A stretch of 64,000 nucleotides of DNA from Candidatus Saccharimonadia bacterium (GTDB lineage Bacteria > Patescibacteriota > Saccharimonadia > UBA4664), in assembly GCA_041743505.1 (NCBI GenBank), contig JBGTMQ010000008.1:69183-133182 (forward strand). The letters are read 5' to 3'. Below the pieces are notes generated by a model. The model saw only the letters and a list, made by a program, of their open reading frames with translations, did not search any database and had not been told where the DNA came from. This document shows positions 41,197 to 53,504 of this stretch, in pieces. Every line of letters starts with the position of its first letter. The stretch's first letter is position 1. Position numbers and translations under genes: made by a program.

Positions 41197-42102
41197 GTGG
41201 CCGTTACCACCAGTGCCATCGCCTTAGGCAACCATACCCTCCTAGACAGAGCCCGAAAACTTATCACACCCCGTCTCCAGTCCACAGCAATCAATACCTC
41301 AAGCGAAGACTTTCAGGTACTCAGGCATATCTTCGCCGCTTCAGACCCATTCGCATTGGTGCATCATCGCACCACACCGGCTGGCTTCGGGCTCCAGTAT
41401 AACGAGCTTCGAAGCTTCCGTCCCCGGCGCGAGTCCACTACTGCAACACCAACTGTGCACCGGCCATTCGAACCAGCAAAATTCAATTTTACACACATTT
41501 CAGGAGAGCGGTACTGGCAGGGAAGCTTTGGGAACAAACTGCTAGCTTGCTACTACAACAAGTATCCGTTTGCGCCATACCATACTTCACTTGTACCGGA
41601 TCCAGACAGCGACCATGAGCAGTTTCTAACTCAACCTTACCATGAACTAGCCTGGAATTTCCTACAAGCACTGGCCGGTGAGCAGCCAAAGGCCGTGCTC
41701 GGCTATAACTCTCTTGGCAGTTATGCCTCCATTAACCATCTCCACTTTCAACTCGTAGCTGATGGGCACAAGCTCCCGTTGTTGCACTCAAAGAACCTTA
41801 CTACCTATCCCATACCGGTAACCGAGCACCAAAACATCCAAACTGCTTGGCGTCAGATAGCTCACTTACAAGCCACTCAGCAGCCGTTTAATCTCATCTA
41901 TAGCGCCGGCCGGATGATTGTCATTGAACGGCAATTCCAGGGCACCTACCCACAACCAAACTGGACCACCGGCTTTGCCTGGTATGAATTATGCGGCGGC
42001 ATTATCACGGTCAGCGAGGACGCGTTCGATCGTATCACCGACGACGATATCACAACCGCCCTACAAACCACAGTTTCCGTGGCTAAAGCCTTGTCCAGTT
42101 AA
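41197..42102 (+). CDS. hypothetical protein; possible HIT-superfamily GalT-branch (HxHxQ) nucleotidyltransferase/phosphorylase
   Basis: INHLHFQLV (H-phi-H-phi-Q). The track ORF (41065) overlaps the tRNA and has no ATG after the tRNA end; GTG at 41197 was chosen tentatively. Confidence 0.4.
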   Translation: MAVTTSAIALGNHTLLDRARKLITPRLQSTAINTSSEDFQVLRHIFAASDPFALVHHRTTPAGFGLQYNELRSFRPRRESTTATPTVHRPFEPAKFNFTHISGERYWQGSFGNKLLACYYNKYPFAPYHTSLVPDPDSDHEQFLTQPYHELAWNFLQALAGEQPKAVLGYNSLGSYASINHLHFQLVADGHKLPLLHSKNLTTYPIPVTEHQNIQTAWRQIAHLQATQQPFNLIYSAGRMIVIERQFQGTYPQPNWTTGFAWYELCGGIITVSEDAFDRITDDDITTALQTTVSVAKALSS

Positions 42103-42145
42103 GCAGTTTGTTATACAATAGCCAGGTTAAAAACCAAATTAACCG

Positions 42146-42231
42146 GCCGGGTTACTCAAGTGGCCAACGAGGGCTGACTGTAAATCAGCTGGCATTAGCC
42201 TTCGGGAGTTCGAATCTCTCACCCGGCACCA
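42146..42231 (+). tRNA. tRNA-Tyr (anticodon GUA), long variable arm, CCA encoded
   Basis: Acceptor GCCGGGT/ACCCGGC, anticodon stem GCTGA/TCAGC with loop CTGTAAA, T-loop GGTTCGAATCT. Confidence 0.7.
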
Positions 42232-42311
42232 TATCAAACATTGTGTATACAACAGACTGATGCAGTGCAAGGAATGACGAAGCAATGCGCAGGCTGTTGG
42301 AGACACGCTAA

Positions 42312-42386
<75 letters not shown>

Positions 42387-42411
42387 TGAACAATAAGGAA
42401 TTATCAAGACT

Positions 42412-42609
42412 ATGAAACGGCTTGTACGAAGCGAAAAGGATAAAAAAGTTGCAGGTTTATGCGGCGGTATTGCCGAATACGCCGATATTGACCCAACTGT
42501 CGTTCGTCTTATTGTATTAACCGTTATCATCATGAGCGGCGTCCTGCCTGGTATCTTACTGTATGCAGTGGCCGCCGCTATCACCCCCAAAGAAGGAGAA
42601 GTAAAATAA
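42412..42609 (+). CDS. PspC-domain small membrane protein
   Basis: KKVAGLCGGIAEYADIDPTVVRLIVLTVIIMSGVLPGILLYAVAA matches the PspC domain consensus. Confidence 0.7.
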   Translation: MKRLVRSEKDKKVAGLCGGIAEYADIDPTVVRLIVLTVIIMSGVLPGILLYAVAAAITPKEGEVK

Positions 42610-42771
42610 ATGCCTAAACGTAACCGGCCATTCGTGGCTTTGGAGTGCACAAGTTGCCATAACCGCAACTACACCACCTCCAAAAACCCCAAAAACACCA
42701 CCGATCGCCTAGAACTCAACAAGTTCTGCAAGCACGAGAAAAAAGTTCTGGTTCACAAAGAAACCAAATAA
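42610..42771 (+). CDS. rpmG: 50S ribosomal protein L33 (below the ORF-track size cut-off)
   Basis: [53 protein letters not shown], with the C-x2-C...C-x2-H pattern of L33. Confidence 0.8.
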   Translation: MPKRNRPFVALECTSCHNRNYTTSKNPKNTTDRLELNKFCKHEKKVLVHKETK

Positions 42772-42920
42772 TCTCTCCGCATCAGCGGATATAAAGTATG
42801 GGGCCTGGCTTCCAAAGGAGCCAGGCCTTTGTGGTCAACAGAACTCCAGACAGTATCTACTTAGCATGGACGCAAGTCACTACCCTAAGTATACTAACCG
42901 TAATAACATGAGCCTCATCC

Positions 42921-43871
42921 ATGGCCGAAAACCTCCAGCCAACTAGCGAACAAGAGCCAGACACCGGCTTTCCCCAAGCCGCCAAGCTACTAGCCGGCCT
43001 AAATGAAGCACCTCGACCGGCAATCCCCATGCCGCGTGCACCAAAAAAACGCCCGGAACTGCAACAGATTGATTTAGCCAACAAGCTCAGGCCAATCTAC
43101 CAGGAAGGAACTCAGTCAGAGCACGGCCATAACGAGCCACAAATACAAGAGCTGGCCGAACAGTACCAACTCAAATACCCCAACGAGCTTGAGGCTATCA
43201 CCATCCTCACTAATGTGCAGTCTTTCCTCGAACTCACCCAGCGTGTCAAAGATCCAGAACTCAAGCGGGAAGAAAAAAAGCCGCTTTTCAAGGAATTAAC
43301 CGAATATCAGTACCTTTGGACGCATTTTGTCATTACCAACTCTGACAAAACCCGGGTCATGGAGGACTTCTGGGAGGCTACCCACCGTATTGCCGAATCA
43401 GCCGGCTATGCAGAACCAGCCCGGGCATACCAATCCGGCATTATCACAGCCGCCGCCACCTATCAGATCTTTGAAGCTCTCGGCAAACAGCCACAATTGT
43501 CGCACCCTGCCGAGGACGCCTATGATGCAATTGATCTTTGGATTGACGAAACCAATCAACCCGTCCAAATCAAAAAAAGTAACGCGTCAGAAGTCGAAAT
43601 CGAAAAAACCGAAGACATAGAATTCCCTGCCCTAGAAGTAGCCGGCCCAGCCGGCCACACGCAGCATTTTGCCATCGAACAGCCAAACAGGGAACAGATC
43701 CAATTCAAGATGAACATCAAGCGATACGCCGAGCGTGTCGGTCATCCCGTGGATGGCTATTTTATACGCGTACCGTATGGACAGGTTGATTCCACCACCG
43801 GAAAACCGACACCAGAGCTAATCGAGCAAGTCCGCGCCAAACTCGCCGCCGAGGAACCCGAAGCAGCTTAA
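42921..43871 (+). CDS. hypothetical protein (316 aa)
   Basis: ORF track only. Confidence 0.45.
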   Translation: MAENLQPTSEQEPDTGFPQAAKLLAGLNEAPRPAIPMPRAPKKRPELQQIDLANKLRPIYQEGTQSEHGHNEPQIQELAEQYQLKYPNELEAITILTNVQSFLELTQRVKDPELKREEKKPLFKELTEYQYLWTHFVITNSDKTRVMEDFWEATHRIAESAGYAEPARAYQSGIITAAATYQIFEALGKQPQLSHPAEDAYDAIDLWIDETNQPVQIKKSNASEVEIEKTEDIEFPALEVAGPAGHTQHFAIEQPNREQIQFKMNIKRYAERVGHPVDGYFIRVPYGQVDSTTGKPTPELIEQVRAKLAAEEPEAA

Positions 43872-43921
43872 ACTCGACTAAGCCGCTTAAATTAAGTACA
43901 ATAAGCCGGTCATAACCATTT

Positions 43922-43997
43922 AGGGGTGTAGCTCAGTTGGTAGAGCACCGGTCTCCAAAACCGGGTGTCGTAGGTTCGAGTCCTATCACCCCTGCCA
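43922..43997 (+). tRNA. tRNA-Trp (anticodon CCA)
   Basis: Acceptor AGGGGTG/CACCCCT, anticodon stem CCGGT/ACCGG with loop CTCCAAA, T-loop GGTTCGAGTCC. Confidence 0.75.
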
Positions 43998-44012
43998 GAA
44001 ATTATCAAACAT

Positions 44013-44552
44013 CTAGGTTAGATCTAATTCAACAAAACTAGCCTTTTCTACCTCAAAATCCCAAGCTTGCTGATTTGTAAGCCCGTTCAGTAATCCATAG
44101 ATAGCCTGTACTATAACCATCGACGTAATGATAAGTACCGATTCGTATTTTTGTGTCCGCACTTCATCGATAAAACTCGCTGCCCGGGCTTTAACATCTT
44201 CTAGCGACTCACCATTATTAAAACGCACAGACCACCTATCATCAGCCTGATCGAGGGCTGCATAGTATTCTCTGAAATGCTTATCTTCATAACCCGTCCG
44301 GTTGTCGTTTAAGCGAGAATCTACCTTTACGGGAGCATTATGAAATTCATTAACGATTTCTGCGGTTTTCTGAGTGCGCTTAAGTTCAGATACAAAAATC
44401 TGGTCTATTCGTATCTTGCTGAGTTCTACGGCCAAACCCTTTACCTGTTGAATACCAGTTTCAGTAAGATGAACGTCCGTTTGCGGGTCGGAATTACACA
44501 AACCCAAGTCGTTATAATTAGTTTGTCCATGTCTAGCTAAGTATATTTTCAT
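44013..44552 (-). CDS. histidine phosphatase superfamily (phosphoglycerate-mutase-like) protein
   Basis: MKIYLARHGQTNYN (RHG catalytic motif). Low-GC gene. Confidence 0.8.
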   Translation of the reverse strand: MKIYLARHGQTNYNDLGLCNSDPQTDVHLTETGIQQVKGLAVELSKIRIDQIFVSELKRTQKTAEIVNEFHNAPVKVDSRLNDNRTGYEDKHFREYYAALDQADDRWSVRFNNGESLEDVKARAASFIDEVRTQKYESVLIITSMVIVQAIYGLLNGLTNQQAWDFEVEKASFVELDLT

Positions 44553-44681
44553 TTCTCTATAGTAAATGTATCTATCGCTATTACCTAAATCACTCGTGTC
44601 GTCCTCTTCACTTCTTTAAGGATAAACCAAAAATGGTGGCCTATATTTGCATTTTTACCACGCTAGTGGTTAAGTGTCGCT

Positions 44682-45251
44682 ATGGTCAAATTTGAGCCTG
44701 TACCTTCAGCTTCCAAACCCAAGTGCTATAGGATGGAGACACTAATACCTACAAGTACTGCCAATACACTTAAAACAATCCGCGACCTAGAAGGAAACAA
44801 TGTTACAGAAGTTGTTCGCAAAGTAGTAAGTATGTACAAATGGTATGACGACTGCAGAATAAACGGGAACCTTCTCATAGCCGCCCAACCACAGCAGCTA
44901 GAGGTGCTTGAGCCACCGGCCACCGTTAAGACCGGTGAAAATGAAGAACATGCAAAATTGTCCATCAAGGTAAGTCCAAGTATAAAGAGCTGTCTTGAGG
45001 TATTAATACCAGATGACCTCATGGATGAATCCGGTTTCTGGAAGGCAGCTGTTGTTTTTTATAGTTCCCTCATGGAAAAACAGCTTCTTGGCTCAAAATT
45101 CTATTGCATAGCCCCGGGTTTATCAGTCAGTCAATTTCACTTGGATGATCCTTTTGCGTCTGACAATAGTGCTCCAACAACCTTCGTTGAATGGAGATGG
45201 CTTAATCTTGATTTTGTGAGACGCCTATTCCGCAAGAAGCCACCTGGATAA
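44682..45251 (+). CDS. hypothetical protein (189 aa)
   Basis: ORF track; low-GC region. Confidence 0.4.
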   Translation: MVKFEPVPSASKPKCYRMETLIPTSTANTLKTIRDLEGNNVTEVVRKVVSMYKWYDDCRINGNLLIAAQPQQLEVLEPPATVKTGENEEHAKLSIKVSPSIKSCLEVLIPDDLMDESGFWKAAVVFYSSLMEKQLLGSKFYCIAPGLSVSQFHLDDPFASDNSAPTTFVEWRWLNLDFVRRLFRKKPPG

Positions 45252-45477
45252 GGTGGACACCACTCAATGCGATTCAACAGGGCAAACGAAAAACGGCTGC
45301 ACTATGCCCACCCCACGAAGCCATCACATGATGGCTTCTTTCTTGTTATAGACCCAAGCCAAAACAAAAAGCCCAAAAGTATTGCTATTAAACAATAAAA
45401 ATGATATAATATAATATCCTCAATCGAGTGATAACTCCTGCCCACATCCACCCCGAGACTCGAGGAGATGATCCGCA

Positions 45478-45855
45478 ATGTCGGATATCGAAACATTTTA
45501 CTACAACGCAGCAGCCAACGGCGTCGATTTCAAAGGGCACTGGGCAAGCATCATCCGGTGCTTTATCGTAGAGCCCCTCAGATTCGAAGCCCTGGTCGGG
45601 ACTGACGGACAAGTCAAATGGAAGGCACTCATGGAGCTCGGTCTCCTCGGTGCGCCCAGAAAGATCCGGCACCGGCACGGGTGGCACTTCCGCCCCTTCA
45701 CGACGACAGAAGTCGAAGCCATTTGCAGCTTATTCGCCGGTGGCGAAACAGTCCTCGGCCTTCACGCCCCAATCGACTTCTTCCACGGCCAGGACCGAGC
45801 CGTCTTCGGCAACCCCCTCGCGGGTACGGGCTTAATCCTACCACGTAACAACTAG
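45478..45855 (+). CDS. hypothetical protein (125 aa)
   Basis: ORF track only. Confidence 0.35.
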   Translation: MSDIETFYYNAAANGVDFKGHWASIIRCFIVEPLRFEALVGTDGQVKWKALMELGLLGAPRKIRHRHGWHFRPFTTTEVEAICSLFAGGETVLGLHAPIDFFHGQDRAVFGNPLAGTGLILPRNN

Positions 45856-46101
45856 CATCAACCGAGTAAACGGTCACAAGTCCACTAATGGCCAGGAGAA
45901 GCAACCCCTCTCCTGGCCATTCACATTACGATGTCATCTTCATCTATGCGTCAATCAAAATAGCCAAGCACACAAGATTATTGCAATTTTTTGATCGAGG
46001 CAGCCATATCTGGAAAGAAATGCAAGAAATGCCATTGCCAAGACATAAAAAAACAACATACAATAACACTAAAGTGGTTATGCTAAAAAGGTGGAGGGTT
46101 T

Positions 46102-49100
46102 ATGTTTCGATTGAGAAGCGTCCGGCGACTCGTACGTCAAAGTTCTATGGCTGCTAGTCGCCTTTTAAGTATAAAATTAATAGCAGCCTTGAAAGAACAT
46201 AAATTCAAGCAACCGGTAATTCATCTTTCAACAAACCCGTTTAGGGCGATATTAACACGCAACACCCTCAATATACTTGCCGTTGGCGTATTTTTTCTCA
46301 ATATTACCGCCATAGGTATTCCGGGCCTTATGGCCCAGTGGCAGGAGAAGGAGGCCCGAACGCCTCAAGCTCTTCAAGCTACGGATAATGATTTTGCTGC
46401 AGCCGCAGACGGCGCTAGTACCTCAAATAAGGCGTTAAAACTCGATAAAGCCGTAACAGATGAACTCGATAAGACGCGAGAAGAACTCATTCATGGTAAG
46501 GCAAAAAAGAATCCTAAACGCGTAAAAATGCTCGAAGAAGACCGTGACGTCAACTCCCGCGTTTTCTTAAATGACGATGGCTCAAAAACCCTAGAGAAGA
46601 GCACCTCTGCCACCAGTTACCGTGACAGCTTAGGCAAATGGAAAGACGTGGATGTCTCACTTGAGAAGGATTCGGTTAAAAATGAATGGAGTACAAAATC
46701 CAACTCCTGGAAGGCAACTTTTAAGGAAGCCAACGCTGAAACTGCAGTTGAATTATCACGTGGGGCACAAACTGTCCGCATTGCACCGGTAGGAGGCCAA
46801 AAGGTCAAGCCGACAGTAACTGGTAATGCGCCAAAACAATTAGTTACTTATAAAAACGTCTGGCCTGACGTCGATTTGCGTTACGTAGTAAATGGCTCGT
46901 CAGTAAAAGAGAGCATTTGGATTAAAGCGCCAACACAGCAAACAGAGTTTCAATTCAGCGTTAAAGGAGGCAACCTTTCGCCAAAGCCCGGTGAAACTGG
47001 CCGCTACAGTCTTGATGGGGAACTGTCTGATTTCACTCTCACGCGTTCATTTGTTGCCACAGCCGATCAGGGCATAGTGGGGGATGACGGATATATTACA
47101 CAGGATGTAAAACAAAACAGCATAATCCTAAAACTTAACCCGGAGTGGATTAAGCAGCAACCTGCTAAAGCATATCCGGTTGTCATTGATCCTTCCTTTA
47201 CTAGCTACACAACCGCACAAAACCATATGTCCTTTAAATCTGATGGCTGGTCATGCAACGCGCTCGACTGCGGAATAGGCACTGGCTACACAGGATCTCA
47301 CCAGTGGCGTAGTATAGCCTGGTTTCCCTATGACACCCTGGGACAAGCACCCACTAAGCACCTCACCAGCGCACAACTGTACTTGGAGATGGTTGACCCG
47401 GGAGTGATCAGCTACCCGGGTACCTATGACCCAAGGACAATCTCAGTCTATAAAGGCCAACGCGGCAGTAATGGTCATTATAATATAAACAGCGGCGTAA
47501 CTGATTATGGCATGGGTAGTGGCTCCATAGGGTACAACGGCACTATTGACGTTACAACTATATATCGCAATGCAATTGCAAATGCCGACTGGGGTATGCA
47601 TCTGTTCTTTGTTGGTGATGAAAGTCAGTATTCATACAAATTTAAGACATATCCAGATGCAAAGGTAACGTTTACCTATACTCACTCGCCGGGAGCCGCC
47701 ACACTCGAAGCACCCACAGATAAAGCATCTGTAGTTACGTCTCAACCTGTACTAAAAGCGAGCACCGCCACTGACCCCGATGGAGATCCGGTGCGGTACC
47801 GCTTTAAAGTGGCCACCAGTCCTGATGCCGAAGGTGGTACGGTAGTGAATTCGGGCTGGCTAGACACTCCGCAATGGACTGCTCCGGATGGCTCACTACA
47901 GGATGGAATGACATACTATTGGAAAGTTCAAACGTGGGACGGACTGTACATTAACTCATTTGGTACAGCAGGCTCCTGGAGCACCAGTTCAATCAGATCG
48001 TTCCGGGTTGATATGCGTAAAGGCAAAGACAATACTCAGGCCTATGACGCTGTCGGACCAATTAATGTCGATCTTGCTACAGGCAATCTAACAACAGGAA
48101 CAAAGAGCCACAGCATAGCTGCGCTTGGTGGTTCACTCGGCGTGAACCTGGACTACAACTCACCTCAGCGTTCACGCCCGGGCCTGATAGGTAAGTATTG
48201 GAATAATCCCACGCAGGCCGCAACATTCCCATCATCCTCAACCGCAGCTAGCGTAGAGCGGGTTGATGGCGTGGTTGACTTTAACTGGGGCAGCGGTTCG
48301 CCCGAGCCGGCCACTGTAACCACGGATAATTTTCTTGTCCGCTGGTCAGGTTATTTTGTAGCGCCGCAAGCTGGCACATATCAATTCGGAACCACCAGCG
48401 ATGATGGTGTACGCATTTACATCAATGACCTCAACACGGCATATGTTGATCAATGGAGTACTAGCCCAAGTAACATATATGGCGCAAGCGTGACGCTCGC
48501 GGCTGGTCAAGTAATTCCAGTTAAATACGAGTACCGTGAAGTCGGCGGACTGGCAAATACCAAGTTTCTCGTAAAAACGACTGATAGCTCTATTACTGCG
48601 CAACCTATACCAACTTCATGGCTGCAAACCGGCACACGATCTGTGGCGGTAGAACATGGACTCACTGGACGATACTTCGCCTACACAGGAGACAATCCGC
48701 CCGCCTCTCCATCAGATAGTGATCCAAGCCTATTCCTCAAACGCACAGATAGCAGCCCGTCATTCTATTGGAATAGTGCGGCCCCGGTATCTGGCGGGCC
48801 AACAGACAGGTTCTTGGTTCGTTGGACAGGTTATTATACGCCGGATGTGACAGACTCCTACCGATTCCGGATTGCAGCCGATGATGGCGTACGCATGTGG
48901 GTGAATAATCTTATTACGAACACGCAAGTTATTAACGACTGGGCAGATAATCCAGGCACGCGTGAGCAAGCCACGCCTATTTCACTAACCGCAGGGCAGT
49001 CCTATCCCGTTACAATCGAGTATTATGAGCACATTGGTAGCGCCATTTTCGACCTGCAATATAAAGGTTCCGATGGGATTTCTAAGGCCGTTCCATCTAA

Positions 49101-52100
49101 GTTGCTTAGCCCTAAGGTTCAAACGTTGCCCGACGGCTGGACGCTTGGTGGCGATATAAAGGGTGATCTGCCCTACGACTTTGCCCATATCGGCGCAAAT
49201 TCGGCAGTTCTCCAGGACACGAATGGTGAGTCGCATGAGTATAAGTGGACTGGCGCATCATACATTTCTCCTCCGAACGAAGACGGGCAGTTAACGCGTA
49301 ATGATGATGGCACCCTAACACTGCAGGCTGGCGATGGTCGCACCTACATCTTCGGGACAGATGGCAAGCTTTTGTCATCAACCTTACCAGCGGATGACAA
49401 AAATCCAGCTGCCGTTCAATACGAATATGGCCTGACGCCTTCTCGTCTCACTAAAATCAAGGACGGCATCAATCTTAACCGTTACGCTGAGTTGATTTAT
49501 GCTGGTGATAGCCGTTGTCCAAGTGCGCCAAGCGGATTTGTTGGAGCCAATGGCACAATGCTGTGCGCCGTCGTAACAACCGACGGCTCAACCACTACTC
49601 CGACAGATGCTAACATAACAAAGTTCTTCTATAGCGCCGACACCGGCGGCAACAAGCGTTTAGCCCGAGTAGTATCACCCGGAGCCGAGACAAGCGACTT
49701 CTCATACCTCACGGAGGATATTAACTCGCCAAACTCATGTTCTGGTTGTCTAAGTCAAATCCGCGACGCGATTGCAAATGACGCTGTAGCAGCAGGTGAA
49801 CGGTCACAAGACGCCACCGTAATGACTGAAATTGCATATGACGCGTTAGGACGAGTTATGAGCATAACTGGCCCAGCGGCACAGGCCGGGATAGCTCGAT
49901 TGGCCCACACTTACGAGTATCAAGCTGGCCACACGAAACTTCATACTACTGGCGCCACGGAGCCTAATGGCTTTACCCGGAAGGTTACATATGACAGCAC
50001 GTATAGGACGACAGAGGACCGCGATGCAGCCAATGTAGCTACATCAACCGAATGGGATGCTGGTAAAGACCAGGTTTTGTCATTAACGGATGGCGCTGGG
50101 CTTAAGAGCACAACGCATTACGACTACGCCGACCGGATAACCGACCAGTACGGCCCGGCCCCGGCCGGTTGGTTCGATATGACTCCTGGTACGAATTATA
50201 ATAAGCCTTCATCGGGCTATATCAATCAGATCCCACGTAAGCAAGCCAGCTATGACGAGGGCATTAACGGCCTCGCTGCCTCGTACTACACTTATAGCAC
50301 TAGCAGCAAAGCTCTAACGGGCGCGCCTAAGGGGCACCAAACAGGCATCGGCGGCACCGGCGGTGACGTAAATAAAAACTGGGCCGGCACGGCTCCATTC
50401 ACCACTTCATCACCATGGGGTGCGCGATTAACCGGCGATATCCTGTTGGGCGCAACCGGTAACTATACCTTCCGCATAGCCAGCGATGATGGAGTGCGGC
50501 TCTGGATTGACGATAAGCTCGTCATCAATGACTGGGCTGACGGCAGCTACCGCTCACATACCCAGCTCACAGGTGTGACAGTCAATAATGACACAGCCAA
50601 TAAGTACCATCGCATTCGCCTCGATTATTACAATAAAAGTAGTTCGGAGTCAGATGCGCAACTAGTGCTCTATATGACACCGCCAGGCGGCTCGGAGCAA
50701 TCCGGGCTCGGCAGTATTCTTGTTCCTCGCTATGGACTCGCAACAACTGCTAAAAACTACGACTCCTCCAGTAGCGTAGGTGATACTACCATCGCGACTA
50801 ACTACGGGAACAACCCAGAGCTAGCACTGCCGCAGTCTAAGACGGTTGATCCCGGAACGGGCACATTGAATCTTGCTAAAACCGCTAGCTATGAAACTCA
50901 GGGCGCAACCGGTAGTTACTTACGTCAACTCGGCACTGTACTGCCAGGCGGAAGTTCAACGAGTTATGGCTACTACTCGGCCACGGAAGTAAAAGATAAC
51001 CCTTGCACAACTGGCATTACCGAAACGTATGTGCAGGCCGGCATGATGAAGCTAAAGACACAGCCAGATCCTGATGGAGCCGGCTCTCAGGTCGGACGAA
51101 AATCGGAATCCATATATGACAATGCAGGACGAATAGTTGCCGCTCGTTACAATGCCGATTCATGGACATGCACAACCTATGACAACCGCGGCCGAGTAAC
51201 CCAAGTCTCAGTACCGAGCATAAATGGTCAGCCCGGCCGGACCATCACAACGAATTGGGCCGTAGGCAGCAATCCATTTGTAACCAGTATCACCGATAAC
51301 AACGGAACGGTAACTACAACTTCAGACTTATTAGGCAGAACAGTCATCTATCAGGACTCTCTCGGTACCTGGACCGACTACTCATACGATAGCCAAGGCC
51401 GCTTGATCAGTAAGGATAGCGATATGGGCTTAGAAGAGTTCGTCTATGACAGCTATAACCGGCTAACTGCGCAGAAGCTTGATGGCACAACGCTCGCAGT
51501 ACCGACGTATGATGCTTATAGCCGCATCACGAGCGTGACCTATCCGACGGCTGGGGCACAAGCTTTATCCATCTCACGGAATGACCATGGTCGCACCACA
51601 GGCTTAGATTACACCCTTGGCAACGGGTCAACGCACCTAACCGATTCCATTACACGTAGTCAATCTGGCAAGGTTGTAGGCGGTACAGAGTTAGGCCAGA
51701 CTAAGAGTTACACTTATGACAAAGCAGGCCGCCTTACGGCTGCGACTATCGGTTCGAACCAATTTACCTATAATTTCGGAGCCCCCACTGGCTGCTTAGG
51801 CGCCTATAACGCCGATGCGGGCAAGAACGCCAACCGTATAAGTATGAGTAAAACCGTAGGCGGAGTAACTACATCTACTTCTTACTGCTATGACTATGCT
51901 GACCGGTTGATCCAAAGTTCAGACTCCAACGCTGTAGACCCAGCCTATGACTCACATGGAAACCTCATAAATATGGGAACTTCGTGGAATGGCAAGTACA
52001 CGCAGTTCGCATATGACTCAAGTGATCGCAATATTGGTGTTCTTCAAAACTGGGGCAATGATTACGATATATATTACAACCGTGACGTTCAAAATCGCAT

Positions 52101-53166
52101 AACCTCAAGATTCGTTGCAGGCCTCAGTACAAGCTCAACCTGGTATGGTTTCACAGGTGCCAGTAGTGCGCCCGCCTTTACTCGAAATGCCAATTGGGAT
52201 ATTACAGAGAAGTATATGTCGCTCCCTGGCGGCGTACTATTAACCGTACGTCCCGGCCAAACTGGTGATAACCAAAAAGTATTCTCACTTCCCAACACTC
52301 ATGGTGATGTGATGGCTACCACCAACACGAGCGGCAACCAAACTGGTACGTTTAGCTACGATCCGTTTGGACAGACCCTAAGCTCAAGCATACCCGACAA
52401 TGCAGCAGGAGATGTCTCATTTGCTTGGGTTGGCCAACATCAAAAAGCCACTGAAGCAGATTTGGCGCTTAGGCCGATCCAGATGGGAGCTAGGGTGTAC
52501 ATTCCTTCACTTGGGAGATTCTCGAGCACAGACTCTGTAGAGGGTGGTGCCGAGAACGCCTATGTCTACCCTCCCGATCCAATTAATCTGTACGATATCG
52601 ATGGGAAGAACACGGCAGAGGAGGCCCTGGATGGTATAGGCGCCAGCGCAAATAGTGTTGGCTGGAAACTCGACGCACTCATGGTGGCCGTAGGTGTCGC
52701 ATGTGTAGCCAGCGGAGTCGGGGTAGTCATTTGTGGCGTAGGAGCCGCAACCGGTCTAGTTGTAACGACGGCTCAAGCATACAACAAGCACAATCGAGAT
52801 CCTGGCGCTGCAGCTGGAGAATTATTTCTATCAAGTATTTTCTGGGCAGCAGGTGGACCAATAGCTAAAAACATTGCTAAAATCAGCATCTCCTACATTG
52901 CTCCTGTCATTGCGCAGCGAGTAAAGCAGGTGGCGCCCGCAACGCCAATACGTGCAATTAATCGAACAGTGGCTACTGCAAAGCAGACTATACGGAACTC
53001 AATAGGTTATGCTGCAACCCTGTACGATGCGGCACGCCATATACCAGCTGCAAATCGGAACTATAATTATGGTGGAACACCCTATATGACAAGCCCATGG
53101 AGCGGGTATGCGGAGGTAAAAGAAATGATTCTGAAACACTTGGCTAATACGTGGAGAAGGGTATAA
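46102..53166 (+). CDS. giant polymorphic toxin: N-terminal signal-anchor, three PA14 domains, RHS/YD-repeat shell, RHS core ending DPINL, C-terminal glycine-zipper toxin domain
   Basis: GGAGG RBS. PA14-like segments start at ~48181, ~48658 and ~50269, each with the FLVRW(S/T)GY...DDGVR(I/M/L)(Y/W)(I/V)(N/D)(D/N) pattern. Many YD repeats ([29 protein letters not shown]...). RHS core tail ...[39 protein letters not shown] at ~52480-52605. The C-terminal 186 aa contain [26 protein letters not shown]. Confidence 0.9.
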   Translation: MFRLRSVRRLVRQSSMAASRLLSIKLIAALKEHKFKQPVIHLSTNPFRAILTRNTLNILAVGVFFLNITAIGIPGLMAQWQEKEARTPQALQATDNDFAAAADGASTSNKALKLDKAVTDELDKTREELIHGKAKKNPKRVKMLEEDRDVNSRVFLNDDGSKTLEKSTSATSYRDSLGKWKDVDVSLEKDSVKNEWSTKSNSWKATFKEANAETAVELSRGAQTVRIAPVGGQKVKPTVTGNAPKQLVTYKNVWPDVDLRYVVNGSSVKESIWIKAPTQQTEFQFSVKGGNLSPKPGETGRYSLDGELSDFTLTRSFVATADQGIVGDDGYITQDVKQNSIILKLNPEWIKQQPAKAYPVVIDPSFTSYTTAQNHMSFKSDGWSCNALDCGIGTGYTGSHQWRSIAWFPYDTLGQAPTKHLTSAQLYLEMVDPGVISYPGTYDPRTISVYKGQRGSNGHYNINSGVTDYGMGSGSIGYNGTIDVTTIYRNAIANADWGMHLFFVGDESQYSYKFKTYPDAKVTFTYTHSPGAATLEAPTDKASVVTSQPVLKASTATDPDGDPVRYRFKVATSPDAEGGTVVNSGWLDTPQWTAPDGSLQDGMTYYWKVQTWDGLYINSFGTAGSWSTSSIRSFRVDMRKGKDNTQAYDAVGPINVDLATGNLTTGTKSHSIAALGGSLGVNLDYNSPQRSRPGLIGKYWNNPTQAATFPSSSTAASVERVDGVVDFNWGSGSPEPATVTTDNFLVRWSGYFVAPQAGTYQFGTTSDDGVRIYINDLNTAYVDQWSTSPSNIYGASVTLAAGQVIPVKYEYREVGGLANTKFLVKTTDSSITAQPIPTSWLQTGTRSVAVEHGLTGRYFAYTGDNPPASPSDSDPSLFLKRTDSSPSFYWNSAAPVSGGPTDRFLVRWTGYYTPDVTDSYRFRIAADDGVRMWVNNLITNTQVINDWADNPGTREQATPISLTAGQSYPVTIEYYEHIGSAIFDLQYKGSDGISKAVPSKLLSPKVQTLPDGWTLGGDIKGDLPYDFAHIGANSAVLQDTNGESHEYKWTGASYISPPNEDGQLTRNDDGTLTLQAGDGRTYIFGTDGKLLSSTLPADDKNPAAVQYEYGLTPSRLTKIKDGINLNRYAELIYAGDSRCPSAPSGFVGANGTMLCAVVTTDGSTTTPTDANITKFFYSADTGGNKRLARVVSPGAETSDFSYLTEDINSPNSCSGCLSQIRDAIANDAVAAGERSQDATVMTEIAYDALGRVMSITGPAAQAGIARLAHTYEYQAGHTKLHTTGATEPNGFTRKVTYDSTYRTTEDRDAANVATSTEWDAGKDQVLSLTDGAGLKSTTHYDYADRITDQYGPAPAGWFDMTPGTNYNKPSSGYINQIPRKQASYDEGINGLAASYYTYSTSSKALTGAPKGHQTGIGGTGGDVNKNWAGTAPFTTSSPWGARLTGDILLGATGNYTFRIASDDGVRLWIDDKLVINDWADGSYRSHTQLTGVTVNNDTANKYHRIRLDYYNKSSSESDAQLVLYMTPPGGSEQSGLGSILVPRYGLATTAKNYDSSSSVGDTTIATNYGNNPELALPQSKTVDPGTGTLNLAKTASYETQGATGSYLRQLGTVLPGGSSTSYGYYSATEVKDNPCTTGITETYVQAGMMKLKTQPDPDGAGSQVGRKSESIYDNAGRIVAARYNADSWTCTTYDNRGRVTQVSVPSINGQPGRTITTNWAVGSNPFVTSITDNNGTVTTTSDLLGRTVIYQDSLGTWTDYSYDSQGRLISKDSDMGLEEFVYDSYNRLTAQKLDGTTLAVPTYDAYSRITSVTYPTAGAQALSISRNDHGRTTGLDYTLGNGSTHLTDSITRSQSGKVVGGTELGQTKSYTYDKAGRLTAATIGSNQFTYNFGAPTGCLGAYNADAGKNANRISMSKTVGGVTTSTSYCYDYADRLIQSSDSNAVDPAYDSHGNLINMGTSWNGKYTQFAYDSSDRNIGVLQNWGNDYDIYYNRDVQNRITSRFVAGLSTSSTWYGFTGASSAPAFTRNANWDITEKYMSLPGGVLLTVRPGQTGDNQKVFSLPNTHGDVMATTNTSGNQTGTFSYDPFGQTLSSSIPDNAAGDVSFAWVGQHQKATEADLALRPIQMGARVYIPSLGRFSSTDSVEGGAENAYVYPPDPINLYDIDGKNTAEEALDGIGASANSVGWKLDALMVAVGVACVASGVGVVICGVGAATGLVVTTAQAYNKHNRDPGAAAGELFLSSIFWAAGGPIAKNIAKISISYIAPVIAQRVKQVAPATPIRAINRTVATAKQTIRNSIGYAATLYDAARHIPAANRNYNYGGTPYMTSPWSGYAEVKEMILKHLANTWRRV

Positions 53167-53484
53167 ATGCGAATCTTTCCGGATAGATCCAGAAACTATA
53201 AAATCAAGGGGTGTGTTTGTGGAGAAACCAATGAGTCACTCAAGGTAAATAAGAACATGTATCATAATACGATCTTTCTATCTCTACTTAGTGTCCCGGT
53301 TATTCTGGGCTTTCCATGGGTAAGCCTGCACACTGATTTAGGTACAAAAGGTATAGTTGCCTGGGGGCTGATTCTAATTGTCTTGGGTTTTTATACATAC
53401 GGTACTACAAAGTTACTTGGTAAAGGCCATTCCTTGTTATGCTCTGTTCGACGAACAATGATTAATTTTGGAGCATTAACCTAG
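53167..53484 (+). CDS. putative cognate immunity protein (two-TM, CxCG...GHxLLCxxRR family), paralog 1
   Basis: Start abuts the toxin stop (TAAATG). MRIFPDRSRNYKIKGCVCGE..., two hydrophobic helices, ...GKGHSLLCSVRR. Confidence 0.65.
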   Translation: MRIFPDRSRNYKIKGCVCGETNESLKVNKNMYHNTIFLSLLSVPVILGFPWVSLHTDLGTKGIVAWGLILIVLGFYTYGTTKLLGKGHSLLCSVRRTMINFGALT

Positions 53485-53504
53485 GCACCAAATAACAGAT
53501 GTGA

